A DNA stretch of 64,000 nucleotides from Candidatus Zipacnadia bacterium (lineage in GTDB: Bacteria > Armatimonadota > Zipacnadia > Zipacnadales > Zipacnadaceae): assembly GCA_029820565.1 (NCBI GenBank), contig JALGUR010000009.1, positions 1,787 through 65,786 of the forward strand, read 5' to 3'. The translations under genes and the position numbers were made by a program. The notes beneath the pieces were generated by a model that was given only the letters and a program-made list of their open reading frames with translations, did not search any database and was not told the DNA's origin. Shown here in pieces: positions 26,835 through 37,112 of the stretch. How positions within the stretch are numbered: the stretch's first letter is position 1; every line of letters starts with the position of its first letter.

Positions 26835-29167
26835 GTCATGGTTGGCCAGGTCAGTTCGACGTCGCCAAATGGCACAACCCAGCTCTCGTACTTGGCGGGG
26901 TCGACCTTTCCTCCCTGGATGCTGTAATTAGCGCTCCAGGGCATCTCCTCCGAGATACCATAAATTGCGAAACCCGAGGAGTCGTCGCTGTGGACTGTTC
27001 CGTCTTGGTCTCGCGATTCGAAATGGCAGGGCAATACGAATCTAGCCCACAGCGCCACTTTATTCCGTGTCCAGTAAAGCCAGGCTTGGGCCCATACGGC
27101 CGGACCCTCAAAACCACTCCCGGGAGGGGCCCACGCTGCTGGGAGCGTGCCACTGCCTGAATAAGTGTAAGTTGTCCACCTGCCTCCCCCATAATCGTTT
27201 GTGTAACTTCCCGAGATACCGTAACTCCCGGTCGAATCTCGCACTATCTTAATAAGGCTGACATCCGACCTCAGTGGTGGCTGGCCGCTCTGCGGACGGC
27301 ACTCCTGTAGGGCCGAGCGCAGATGGACATTTGCCGTGGCCCACGCTTTCACGGTACCAAGCCCCGGCCCCCCCTTAAGGGTGAATGTTCCCCGGTAATC
27401 CGACAGTTGTTTCGCATTACTCTCGTGACCGTCCACCTCCACCACAACATCGCCCGCCGACCCCGGTCCACTGCAGGGCAACTTGCAGTTCATCCAGTCC
27501 CAGTCCGGGACTGTTTCCCCTGGTTGCCATTGTGTGATTTGCAATTGCTGACCGCCGACCTTTACCTTAGCTTTGCTCTGCTCATGCCCAAACATACCGC
27601 CCAGATGCAGTTCCTGATTTTCTTCGTCCACCGCCACGAACCTAATGCTGGGGGCCAGGAGGCCGAAATCACCATTATCTGGGTCCCGGTAATATTCCAG
27701 TTTGGCGGCGGAGGAACCTGCAGGCGTGGAAGTATCCAACCCCCGGTTTTTCATATCTTCCCACACCGAGACATAGTCAAAGGGGCGCTGGGGTGGGTTC
27801 TCCTTGGGATCCACGGCATTGGTACCCAACAGCCGGTCAAAGAGGAAGGGGGCCGCCTTGAAGGCATCGGCAACCACCACCAGTTGGGTCCAGCCCGCAT
27901 AGAGGCAAGCACCCTGGGTATGGCAGGCGTTCTGAAAGTCACTGGCGTCCGCCCCGCGGCTGTGGCAGGAGTTTATGAACACCAAGCTGTTCCGGCTAAA
28001 ACTCATATACTCTGAGACAAATGCGGAGGTGATACCGTAATGCCACTCATCGACCCACGTATGATCGACCAGGTTCTGGAGGGCGTGCATATACACGAGT
28101 CGGTGGTTATCCAGGTCGTCTTTATACTTTATGTCGTCGGCCACCGAGACCAAGGTCGCCGTCCACACCCCAAAGACAGGGTTGCCAGCTCGGTCCCGCC
28201 CCGAGCCGCCATGGCCCTCAAAGTAGAACACGCCCACGTCTTTCAAGTAGTACTTTAACACCTCTACAGTGGCGGGCATGGCCCCCGCACTGTCATAGTT
28301 TCTTTGCGCGAGAAGGGAATTGATAGTGTAGGCGGTCTCGATGGGCTGGATGAGAGGAGGCACAAAAGCAGTGCCGAAGGAATAACATACTACACATTTT
28401 TTGTTGGCAGGCATATCCGAGCGAGGGACCGCCTGGCTGGGGCGCACCACTGGTATGGAGACGGCCCCCGCCGGTTCCAGCTCACGGTTGGTGACAATCT
28501 TGTTTCTGGGCACGTCCGACGGGGCCACCTGGCTGGGTCGTGCCAGTGGTACAGAGGTGGTTCCCACTGGCTCGGGCTCGCAATTGTTAATAATAATGAC
28601 CAGGCGGCCGTCCTTGAAGCGCCCCCAGGCGCAACTGGTGTCCGAAAACCCCGACTCCTCAAACTCCGGCCGGCCAGCCATAAACGCGGCCATCTGTTGA
28701 TTTTGCTCATCGCGCGGAAGGGCCTCCAGCGTCTGGAACTTGGCGTCAATGGCCTGCAGGGCGACTTCGCGTTGTTGGTCGGTGATAGTGCCGCCGCCGA
28801 TGGGCCATGGTTCTAATCCCACCACACAGCGCAGTACCAGGATGGCGTCGCCGACGTCGGTGCTGTCGTTTTCGTTGGCATCGGCGCAGGGTACATTGTC
28901 GTCCAGGCCCACCACAATGCGCAGAATCTTAATCGCATCGCCCACCGAGGGCTGCCCGTCGTCGTCCATGTCACCCAGCAAGCCACCGCCGTTAGCTGGC
29001 GAGACCTCCGCTGGATACAGCGTAGTTGGAGGGATGGCAGACGTACTTGAGGTAGGGGTAGTTACGGCCCGGTGCCCTCCTCCACCACAGCCGCCCAGGC
29101 ATAACGCCGTAACCATTAACAGCGTCGTCAGAACTGTCAGTCTCACCGGCTGTTTCATCACAATCAC
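26762..29167 (-). CDS. Dockerin-containing lipoprotein with clan-CD-like cysteine peptidase dyad and IPT-like C-terminal domains
   Basis: Lipobox LCLGGCGGGG. Paired EF-hand-like dockerin repeats: GDMDDDGQPSVGDAIKILRIVVGL and ADANENDSTDVGDAILVLRCVVGL. YFEGHGGSG..FINSCHSRG resembles the His/Cys dyad of gingipain/clostripain-type peptidases (tentative). There are two tandem repeats of about 30 aa (..RPSQVAPSDVPRNK / ..RPSQAVPRSDMPANK). Confidence 0.75.
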   Translation of the reverse strand: MIVMKQPVRLTVLTTLLMVTALCLGGCGGGGHRAVTTPTSSTSAIPPTTLYPAEVSPANGGGLLGDMDDDGQPSVGDAIKILRIVVGLDDNVPCADANENDSTDVGDAILVLRCVVGLEPWPIGGGTITDQQREVALQAIDAKFQTLEALPRDEQNQQMAAFMAGRPEFEESGFSDTSCAWGRFKDGRLVIIINNCEPEPVGTTSVPLARPSQVAPSDVPRNKIVTNRELEPAGAVSIPVVRPSQAVPRSDMPANKKCVVCYSFGTAFVPPLIQPIETAYTINSLLAQRNYDSAGAMPATVEVLKYYLKDVGVFYFEGHGGSGRDRAGNPVFGVWTATLVSVADDIKYKDDLDNHRLVYMHALQNLVDHTWVDEWHYGITSAFVSEYMSFSRNSLVFINSCHSRGADASDFQNACHTQGACLYAGWTQLVVVADAFKAAPFLFDRLLGTNAVDPKENPPQRPFDYVSVWEDMKNRGLDTSTPAGSSAAKLEYYRDPDNGDFGLLAPSIRFVAVDEENQELHLGGMFGHEQSKAKVKVGGQQLQITQWQPGETVPDWDWMNCKLPCSGPGSAGDVVVEVDGHESNAKQLSDYRGTFTLKGGPGLGTVKAWATANVHLRSALQECRPQSGQPPLRSDVSLIKIVRDSTGSYGISGSYTNDYGGGRWTTYTYSGSGTLPAAWAPPGSGFEGPAVWAQAWLYWTRNKVALWARFVLPCHFESRDQDGTVHSDDSSGFAIYGISEEMPWSANYSIQGGKVDPAKYESWVVPFGDVELTWPTMTCHFPPNPMAPCSASWSWLPSAPP

Positions 29168-29287
29168 CTCTTGCTCGGATTCCTTGCTACATAGTCCTTT
29201 CCCCTTCAGTTTCCTTATTCCTCTCTAAGATATCTGCTGGCACAGATATATCTATTGGACCACCCATCAAAGAGTATGGTGCTAATT

Positions 29288-29323
29288 AGACAGCCACCCC
29301 TTCGGCAAGCTCAGGATGGCTGT
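29288..29323. repeat. Conserved hairpin element, copy 2
   Basis: agacagccaccccttcggcaagctcaggatggctgt, located 36 nt downstream of the stop of the 831-aa gene. It is a paralog of 26503-26539. Confidence 0.6.
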
Positions 29324-29358
29324 GGTTGGTGAGCGGCAACTTATGCGTACCAGCGGGC

Positions 29359-31854
29359 CTAACTGGGGGGCGAGACCCCAGGTCCACATTTACACTTGCC
29401 CTCTTCCTTTTGATTACACTCAGGAGGATAATCTTGGCAGCCGTTGCCGTCCCAGTCAATCGGGGAGAAGATGTTATCCGGATTCAAACCACTATTACCA
29501 CCTTGCATCGGGTCGTTCAGCAGACCGCCAGTGCCGACACTTTGGTCAAGAATCTGCGTGTTGGAAAAAGTATTGTTGGTGAGTCCTAACAAGCCGAAAA
29601 CAACAAACACTGAACCAGTAATCGTATTGTTGTCGGCGTTCACCCGGGCGTCAGGGCCTATATCCACGGCACAAATCCCCGGAGCGTTAATAGTATTGTT
29701 GCTCAGTGTGACATTGCCAGAGTCGCTTGCACCGAATCCCATAGAGCCGGGCCCGGCGGTAATAGTATTGTCCGTGATGGTGGAATCCGTCGCCCATACT
29801 CCCAGCGCTGCCGTGTTGGCAACGTCACAGTTGATAGCATTATCTTTAACGGTAGCCGAGCCACAATCGCCAATGGTCACCCCACCCTTGCTGATGGTAT
29901 TCCCGCTGATGCTAATAGCTCCTTGTACCTCTTCCAGATGGATAGCCAGGGGCTTGGCGGCAATGGTGCAGTTCTCAATAGTGACCGGGCAATTAACATC
30001 CGTAATCTCGATCCAGTCATTGTCGTTGTGCATCTGGAGGCCACTGATGATAATCCCGCCGGCGCCCTGCTGGGGTTGGACGAGGTCGGCAGTATGAGTC
30101 TGAGGACGCGCTCCGCCCGGGGCGGACATACCTCCGCTGACCGGCCCGGAAATGTAGATACCTGCCGAACTGCCCCCAAAGATGGCATCAGTAATTGTAA
30201 CCGAAAAGTTCACCCCGGCCGTGCCGTCAATGGACAGATTGTCTTTGAAAGTCACGTCGTTCATGTTGGCGGTTATCCCGGCGCTCAGCCCCTTCATTTC
30301 CACAAACAGACCGGCTTCGCAGTCCACGTGGGTGGCCTCCAGGTCGAGCAGACTCCCCCGCATGTCAATATGTGCCTTTCCGGTCAGTTTGACTTGTTCT
30401 GACAAGTATAGGGTAACATTACCGTTCAGGGAGGCGTCGAACGTACCGTCAAACTTGAAACTCTTGAGCGTCACATCAACATTAGCAGTATTAGGTATAT
30501 TCAACGCATTCAAGGTGAAAGGACCCACTACGTTTGACCCTATGTCATTCCAGTTAAATGTGCTAAGCGCGCTACCCAGGGTCACGGCTGCTTGGGCGTA
30601 CTTTCCGTACTTGCTATTCAGGACGGAGTCGGAAACACTGAACCCCAGGTCCAAGTTATCATAGTCCTCGTTGTCCAGCTTCAGCGTTACCTTTCCCAGC
30701 CCGAAAAGATTAAGCGTTGCCGTTGCGGCGACATTGTTCCCAAAGTCGAAAACTGGGTTACCGGTATTCACCTCGGAATTCACCGCGAAGCTGTTTAGCT
30801 TGAGGTGGTCGCTGACGCCGACGGTGGCGCTGCCCTGCGCCTTCAAGTCCAGGCTCAGGTCGTCAATATCATTACTACCAATGTGCATTTGGGCGGTGCC
30901 GCCGAACTTGCCACTGCCCCCAATGTTCACCCTGCTGCCCTTGTTGTTATCAATATCGTAGCTCGCGCTCAGAACATCCAGTTTGTAATTCAAGGCGAAC
31001 TGCCCGAAATCGTTATTAGTAATGCTCGAACCACCGGCCAGCACCGCCTGCTGAGGCGTAATATCCCCACTGGCGCTCCCCGCGGGGAAGGCCGCCCCGG
31101 ACACGCCGCCGATATTCACCGCGGCACTGGACGGCAGATGGTTGCCGGATAGTTCAATCCGGCGATTGGCGTTGAAGATAACACCGCCGGCATTGGAGAT
31201 GGTAAAGCCACCCAGGTTCAGAGCGCCCGCTGCATCTATCACCAAAGGTGCCGCCCCAGGGCCAGCGATTCTTCCCGTATAGCCCTGGTCCACCTCAATT
31301 TCCAGGTCACAGCCAAACGAGAGCGCGTCTACCACCAGTTCACGATTGGTCTGAATCACTACTGTGCCCAGTTCTCCTGCGGGTACATTGTTCTTTAGAT
31401 ATGTCACCGCATCAGTCAGTTCTCGGAAGTGGTCGTGGCTGCCAGTGGGAGGATTGTCAACAACGTAGACGGTGGTGGCGCCGGTGCCCCCAATCGGCCA
31501 AGGGTCTAGGCCGACCACGCAGCGCAATACCTTGATAGCATCGCCGACGTCAGCACTGCCGCTTTGGTTAGCGTCGGCACTGGCGTCATGCGGGTCAAGC
31601 CCCACCACTATACGCAGTATCCTGATGGCGTCGCCCACGCTCGCCTTCCCGTCGCCGTCCATGTCGCCCAGCAAGCCACCGCCGTTAGCCGGCGAGACCT
31701 CCGCTGGATACAGCGTAGTTGGAGGAATGGTAGACGTACTTGAGGTAGGGGTAGTTACGGCCCGGTGGCCTCCCCCACCACAGCCGGCCAGCCACACGGA
31801 CATAACCACCAGCAGCAACATCACTACACACACTCTGACTGGCTGTTTCATCAT
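29359..31854 (-). CDS. Dockerin-containing lipoprotein with right-handed parallel beta-helix repeats
   Basis: The signal, lipobox and dockerin module are near-identical to the neighbour. The remainder is full of PbH1-like repeats (..ITDNTITAG.., ..LSNNTINAPG.., ..ADNNTITGS..). The C-terminus is Cys-rich. Confidence 0.8.
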   Translation of the reverse strand: MMKQPVRVCVVMLLLVVMSVWLAGCGGGGHRAVTTPTSSTSTIPPTTLYPAEVSPANGGGLLGDMDGDGKASVGDAIRILRIVVGLDPHDASADANQSGSADVGDAIKVLRCVVGLDPWPIGGTGATTVYVVDNPPTGSHDHFRELTDAVTYLKNNVPAGELGTVVIQTNRELVVDALSFGCDLEIEVDQGYTGRIAGPGAAPLVIDAAGALNLGGFTISNAGGVIFNANRRIELSGNHLPSSAAVNIGGVSGAAFPAGSASGDITPQQAVLAGGSSITNNDFGQFALNYKLDVLSASYDIDNNKGSRVNIGGSGKFGGTAQMHIGSNDIDDLSLDLKAQGSATVGVSDHLKLNSFAVNSEVNTGNPVFDFGNNVAATATLNLFGLGKVTLKLDNEDYDNLDLGFSVSDSVLNSKYGKYAQAAVTLGSALSTFNWNDIGSNVVGPFTLNALNIPNTANVDVTLKSFKFDGTFDASLNGNVTLYLSEQVKLTGKAHIDMRGSLLDLEATHVDCEAGLFVEMKGLSAGITANMNDVTFKDNLSIDGTAGVNFSVTITDAIFGGSSAGIYISGPVSGGMSAPGGARPQTHTADLVQPQQGAGGIIISGLQMHNDNDWIEITDVNCPVTIENCTIAAKPLAIHLEEVQGAISISGNTISKGGVTIGDCGSATVKDNAINCDVANTAALGVWATDSTITDNTITAGPGSMGFGASDSGNVTLSNNTINAPGICAVDIGPDARVNADNNTITGSVFVVFGLLGLTNNTFSNTQILDQSVGTGGLLNDPMQGGNSGLNPDNIFSPIDWDGNGCQDYPPECNQKEEGKCKCGPGVSPPS

Positions 31855-31893
31855 AGTCGCCTCTTAATCAGGTTGTGATGTAATAACTTCAAT

Positions 31894-31952
31894 CCGTAGG
31901 AGCGGCATCCCTGCCGCGACTAGATCTCGGGCCAAGGATGGTCCTCCTACGG
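31894..31952. repeat. REP-like element bracketed by a 9-bp inverted repeat
   Basis: ccGTAGGAG-CGGCA-tccc-TGCCG-cgac ... CTCCTACgg. The GTAGGAG flank is repeated in inverted orientation 48 nt away. Lies downstream of the aminotransferase stop. Confidence 0.7.
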
Positions 31953-31993
31953 CGAGTGGGCCTACAATGTCCCCGACTGAGAATACTTGCTGG

Positions 31994-33154
31994 CTATTCT
32001 ACTAACAAATCCCCGAGTCTTTGTAGGGCCACTTGGAGGTTCTCCACGGAGTTAGCGTAACACATTCGCAAGTAACCTTCACCATATTCGCCGAAGGCTG
32101 TGCCGGACAGAACCGCCACGTCGGCCTCCTCCAGACACTTGCTTTCTAACGTGCGGCTGTCTATGCCGGTCTGCGTGATGTTGGGGAAAACATAGAAGGC
32201 CCCATGGGGGCGCAGGCAGTTGATACCGGGGATTTCGTTCAGTCCGTCTACTATCACATCGCGGCGGCGCTTGAACTCGGCTACCATGGCCTCGCTGGGT
32301 CCCATCGGGCCGGTGAGCGCAGCAATGCCTGCTCTCTGGATGAAGGCGGCAGTGCAGGAGGTACAGTTAGTTTGCAGTTTGGCAATTTGCGCGGTCAATT
32401 CCTTATTCATCACCCCATAGCCCAGCCGCCAGCCGGTCATAGCAAAGGTCTTGGAGAAACTATTAAGGAGGATAGTGCGCTCCTTCATTCCCTCCAGGGC
32501 GGCGATGCTGTAATGAGTGCCTTCGTAGAGAATATGATCATAAGGCTCGTCAGACATTACCATTATATCGTGGCGCAGCGCCACCTCAGCGATGGCCGCC
32601 AGGTCTTCTTTGGTCAGAACCCCACCGGTGGGGTTCTGGGGGGAATTGATGATGATCATACTGGTTTTGTCGGTGACCAAGGAGGCTAATTCCTCAACGT
32701 CCAGACGAAACTCATTTTCTTCCCGCAGCGGTACGGGCACCGGCTTAGCCCCGACGAAGTTAATCATAGACTCAAAGATGGGGAATCCCGGATTAGGATA
32801 GATGACCTCATCGCCCGGGTTGACCACCGCGGTAATACCCCAATAGATGATGGGCTTGGCCCCAGGGACAACGACGACTTCGTCTGCCGTGCAGGGCATC
32901 CCCCGGGACTTACTGATATGCTCGGCGATGACCTGACGCAATTCGGGGTCGCCGGCGCTGGGTCCGTAATGGGTCCAGCTGCTGTTGAGCGCCTCGCAGG
33001 CAGCATCAATAATGTGCTGAGGAGTGTCAAAGTCGGGTTCGCCGATTTCCAGGTGCACAATAGGACGGCCTTCGGCCTCCAGTTGCTTGGCCCGGGCCAG
33101 GACCTCAAATGCAGTTTCTGTACCTAATCGGCTCATACGCTGGGCAAGTTGCAT
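31994..33154 (-). CDS. Class I/II PLP-dependent aminotransferase (aspartate aminotransferase-like)
   Basis: SFSKTFAMTGWRLGY carries the PLP-lysine motif. NPQNPTGGV motif present. 386 aa. Confidence 0.9.
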   Translation of the reverse strand: MQLAQRMSRLGTETAFEVLARAKQLEAEGRPIVHLEIGEPDFDTPQHIIDAACEALNSSWTHYGPSAGDPELRQVIAEHISKSRGMPCTADEVVVVPGAKPIIYWGITAVVNPGDEVIYPNPGFPIFESMINFVGAKPVPVPLREENEFRLDVEELASLVTDKTSMIIINSPQNPTGGVLTKEDLAAIAEVALRHDIMVMSDEPYDHILYEGTHYSIAALEGMKERTILLNSFSKTFAMTGWRLGYGVMNKELTAQIAKLQTNCTSCTAAFIQRAGIAALTGPMGPSEAMVAEFKRRRDVIVDGLNEIPGINCLRPHGAFYVFPNITQTGIDSRTLESKCLEEADVAVLSGTAFGEYGEGYLRMCYANSVENLQVALQRLGDLLVE

Positions 33155-33180
33155 GCGATTTCACCTCATATTGGTTAGGT

Positions 33181-34206
33181 TCAACGGTGACGGGCGGCTC
33201 TGCGGGAAAGTTGGCGCAACATATCAATCTCATCCAGTACCCGGCCTGTGCCAACTGCTACAGAAGATATGGCATCATCGGCGACAGTCACCGGGATACC
33301 AGTTTCCAGTTCCAGTAGTCGGTCCATACCGGCCAGTAGGGCAACGCCCCCGGTGAGGGTAATGCCTCGTTCAATGATGTCAGCCGCCAACTCGGGAGGA
33401 GTCTGCTCCAGGATAGTGCGCACACGGTCAATGATTTGCATAATATCCTCAGCCATGGCCTCGCGAATCTCTGCGGCGTTGATGCGGACCATTTGAGGCA
33501 GCCCGGAAACTATGTCTCGGCCCCGAACTTCCATTTGTTCGTCGCCATTGACATCAAAGGCCGAGCCGATTTGAATCTTGACCACTTCGGCGCTGCGCTC
33601 TCCAATGTCCAGGTTATATACTCGTTTTACGTGACGGATTATGGCCTCATCCAGATCATTGCCGCCGATGCGTACTGAATCGCTGACCACAATGCCGCCC
33701 AGAGATATTACGGCCACATCAGTAGTGCCCCCGCCAATGTCGACCACCATATTGCCGCCGGCCATGGCTATGGGCAAGCCCGCCCCAATCGCCGCGGCCA
33801 TAGGCTCTTCAATGGGGATAACCTCGCGGGCGCCAGCGGCGCGGGTGGCGTCCAGGGCGGCGCGCCGTTCAACGCTGGTTGCGCCCGAAGGGATGCATAT
33901 TACGACCATCGGCTTGAATAGCCGTCCCCCCAGGCCACAGGCCTTGCGGATAAGATGGCAGAGCATCTCCCGAGTAATGGAGTAGTCGGCTATGACGCCG
34001 TCGCGCAGCGGACGCAGGGCGGTGATATTGCCCGGGGTGCGGCCCAACATTCCCTGTGCTTGCTGGCCCACGGCCAAGACCTTGCGGGACCGATGTTCGA
34101 TGGCTACTACGGAGGGCTCGCGTAATATTATACCCCGGCCGTGGGCATAAACGACGATGTTAGAGGTGCCCAGGTCAATGCCCAAACGCTCGCCTAGGCC
34201 AAACAT
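33181..34206 (-). CDS. mreB: Rod shape-determining actin homolog MreB
   Basis: LGIDLGTSNIVVY.., ..DIGGGTTDVAVISLGGIV.., ..ITLTGGVALLAGMD.. Confidence 0.95.
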   Translation of the reverse strand: MFGLGERLGIDLGTSNIVVYAHGRGIILREPSVVAIEHRSRKVLAVGQQAQGMLGRTPGNITALRPLRDGVIADYSITREMLCHLIRKACGLGGRLFKPMVVICIPSGATSVERRAALDATRAAGAREVIPIEEPMAAAIGAGLPIAMAGGNMVVDIGGGTTDVAVISLGGIVVSDSVRIGGNDLDEAIIRHVKRVYNLDIGERSAEVVKIQIGSAFDVNGDEQMEVRGRDIVSGLPQMVRINAAEIREAMAEDIMQIIDRVRTILEQTPPELAADIIERGITLTGGVALLAGMDRLLELETGIPVTVADDAISSVAVGTGRVLDEIDMLRQLSRRAARHR

Positions 34207-35486
34207 AGTGCCTCCCGGCTTGGGGCCTCGCCCTGAGAGAGGATTTGCGCCCCCGCCGTTTGCAACTTGGTCACGAAGTTCTCGTAGCCACGGTCTAAAA
34301 AGTGGGCGCCACTAATCTCGGTCTGTCCTTCAGCGGCCAACCCGGCCAGCACCAGGGCTGCCGCCGCCCGGATGTCAGTAGCCTCCACCGGTGCTCCGGT
34401 GAGTTTAGGCACACCCTTGAAGATAGCCACTTGTCCCACTACTCTGACATCAGAGCCCATGCGGGTGATTTCGTCAATGTAATTGAACCGGGCGTCGAAG
34501 ATGGTCTCCTCAATGACACTGGTGCCATTGGCCAGCGAGACCAGCACACTATGAGCCGGCTGAAGATCGGTGGGGAACCCGGGATACGGGGCAGTCGTTA
34601 TATCTACCGGCCGGGGCTGCCCCGAGGCCACTATGCGCACACTTTCGGCAGTTGTGTCTACCTGCATCCCAGCCTTGCGCAACTTAGCGACGACCATGTC
34701 CATATGTTGAGTCTGAGTGGGTTGCACCGTCAGGTCGCCGCCGGCTATTGCTGTGGCATACAGGAAGGTTCCTGCCTCCATTCGGTCGGGGATTGACCGG
34801 AAGCGGCAGCCGTGGAGTTTCTTCACGCCTTCGATGACCAGTGTGGCTCCGCTGCCGTTAGTGATATTGGCACCACACTGCTTTAAGAAGCGTTCGCAGG
34901 CTACTACTTCAGGCTCCCGCGAGGCATTCTCTATGACGGTAGTGCCCGTGGCGAGGGTAGCGGCCAGCATAATATTGACGGTCGCTCCAACGCTGCGGAC
35001 ACGCGGGTCCATATACACTGGGGCGCCCTGCAACTGAGAAGCCGCCGCGTGCATTACCCCATATTTGTCCTCAACACTGGCCCCCAGGGCCTTGAAACCA
35101 TTTATATGAAAGTTCACCGGTCGCGACCCGATAACACAACCTCCCGGTAGAGGCACCTGGGCTTCCCCCAGTCGGCCTAACAGGGCGCCGGCTACATAGA
35201 ACGAACCCCGCATACTGCGCACCAAACTATAGGGGGCTTGCGAAGTTTGAATATTACTGGCGTCTACTCTCAAAGTGCCCGGACTTATGAAGGTGCATTC
35301 TACACCCAACGCCCGCAGCATCTGAATCATTGTGCCCACATCGTATATGTCAGGCACATTCTCTATAATGCTCTCCCCGTCCACCAGCATTGTGGCGGCC
35401 AGCAGCGGCAAGGTACCATTCTTCGAGCCGCTTATGCCAACGGTGCCTGTAAGGGGATTGCCTCCCGATATGGTTAGCGCTTCCAC
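34194..35486 (-). CDS. murA: UDP-N-acetylglucosamine 1-carboxyvinyltransferase
   Basis: ISGSKNGTLPLLAA.., ..LPGGCVIGSRPVN.. (active-site Cys loop). 430 aa. 13-nt overlap with mreB. Confidence 0.95.
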   Translation of the reverse strand: MEALTISGGNPLTGTVGISGSKNGTLPLLAATMLVDGESIIENVPDIYDVGTMIQMLRALGVECTFISPGTLRVDASNIQTSQAPYSLVRSMRGSFYVAGALLGRLGEAQVPLPGGCVIGSRPVNFHINGFKALGASVEDKYGVMHAAASQLQGAPVYMDPRVRSVGATVNIMLAATLATGTTVIENASREPEVVACERFLKQCGANITNGSGATLVIEGVKKLHGCRFRSIPDRMEAGTFLYATAIAGGDLTVQPTQTQHMDMVVAKLRKAGMQVDTTAESVRIVASGQPRPVDITTAPYPGFPTDLQPAHSVLVSLANGTSVIEETIFDARFNYIDEITRMGSDVRVVGQVAIFKGVPKLTGAPVEATDIRAAAALVLAGLAAEGQTEISGAHFLDRGYENFVTKLQTAGAQILSQGEAPSREALCLA

Positions 35487-36158
35487 GGAGTGTTCACCTC
35501 GCAGTGCTTCAGCTTATGCTTCAGCTTATCCAACGATGGGTTCGTTGTTGTGCGAGAAATGTGTACGAGTGCCCCTTCCTCAGTGACTGCTTTTAGTATA
35601 ACTTATTCTCACTAACTTTGCAAGACCCTGGCCATTGCAAACTTCAAATAGCCCTCCTTTACAAGTTCTATTCTCCCCAACATAATCCCTGCCAATCGCC
35701 GCGTCTTCCCTCTTCTCTCAAACGCCAACAGGGCACAGGCAGTCGCAGGATTGTAGAGCGAGAAGTTAATATAATACTAATATCCGAATGGAGGGACTGG
35801 AGGGGGTAGTCCAGAAATAGAAATAAGCGCAGAAGAGATGAAACCGCCCTTGGGCTAAGGGGATTGGCGCGTAGGTAATACTGGGCTTCTGGGCCATTAC
35901 CGGGCGGCTGTCAGAAGCCCGAAGCCATTGGAAGTTGGGGTTGCTCAGAATTATGCTTTTCCAGGCGGCGGGAGTTGTGGCTGCTGAGAATACAGCCAGC
36001 AATTGCACATATGCCCAAGACCGTCCCCACGGCCCCGACAATTGCGATGATAACCAACAAAGGTATTCACCTATCCTTAGAGTATTTACCATGTTGATTA
36101 TCGGCATCCCGGCGCTTAACTTTAGCAGTCGGGGGCAAAAATACAGAAAGTAAGCACA

Positions 36159-37112
36159 ATGGTCACATCCAGCGAAGTACCGACTTTGCAGAAGATGGAG
36201 ATTGCCGACCTCATTGACGCGGCGATCCGACTATATCGGCACAATTTCCGGCCCCTGCTGGAGATTGTCGCTGTGGTCTATGGGCCGCTGATGGTGATGC
36301 AGATAATTGCTCAGTACCTATTCTTCAATCAAGTGCTGACCACCGGCGGTGAGCAGGTTCCATGGGGAGCCCTACTAACCGCGATTCCCGTAGTCTTGGT
36401 ACTGGTAGCTGCCTGGATAGTGCTGTTTCCTATGAGCGAGGGGGCTCTGGCAGTTAGCGTATCCGAGATCTACCTGGGCCGCGAGATATCGCTGCGTGGT
36501 GCCTACCAGCGCATTTGGCCCCTGTGGTGGAAATTACTGCTGACGATGATATTAGTATCGGTAATCCTATCAGCAGGAACATTGTTTTGCCTAATACCCG
36601 GGTTGGTATTTGGAATTTGGTTTCTGGCTACCACGCCGATTGTAGCTATTGAGCGGCGCTGGGGCGCCGAGGCCATGCGGCGGTCGTATGATCTGGTTAC
36701 CGGCCACGGCTGGCGCGTCTTCATCACCTGGTTCCTGTTACAACTCATGATAATCGTCGTCTCCCAGGCAGTGGCCACTCCGGCCGCCATTGGGCTAATG
36801 CTTTTACTTGGTGAAACGAATCCACTAGCCCAAACATTGGGCCAGGCTATCGGTGCGATGGTGCAGATTGTGATAAGACCAGTGGCGATGATTGGGATAG
36901 TTCTGATATACTATGACCTGCGCATTCGCAAGGAGGGCTTCGACTTGGTGATGATGGCCCAAGATTTACACCGGCACGCCCCTCAGCCGGCCTCGGCGGC
37001 CCAGCCGCTGTTCTCCACTGAAACGGAGTTGCCTCCCCGGCCTGGGGAAGACACAGACAGGCTCTCGCAACTACCCCCTCCTCCGCAAGGCGGGGCTGAT
37101 AATGACCAATAA
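36159..37112 (+). CDS. Polytopic membrane protein with Pro-rich C-terminal tail
   Basis: 317-aa ORF with about six hydrophobic helices. Tail ..PQPASAAQP..PPRPGED..PPPPQGG. Overlaps the RNase H gene by 11 nt. Confidence 0.7.
   Translation: MVTSSEVPTLQKMEIADLIDAAIRLYRHNFRPLLEIVAVVYGPLMVMQIIAQYLFFNQVLTTGGEQVPWGALLTAIPVVLVLVAAWIVLFPMSEGALAVSVSEIYLGREISLRGAYQRIWPLWWKLLLTMILVSVILSAGTLFCLIPGLVFGIWFLATTPIVAIERRWGAEAMRRSYDLVTGHGWRVFITWFLLQLMIIVVSQAVATPAAIGLMLLLGETNPLAQTLGQAIGAMVQIVIRPVAMIGIVLIYYDLRIRKEGFDLVMMAQDLHRHAPQPASAAQPLFSTETELPPRPGEDTDRLSQLPPPPQGGADNDQ

Noticed and set aside
35766-36107. 113-aa minus-strand ORF in the murA upstream region
   Set aside because: Atypical composition, no RBS, no motif. 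The region is more likely non-coding, and only a short transmembrane sORF in another frame looks plausible.
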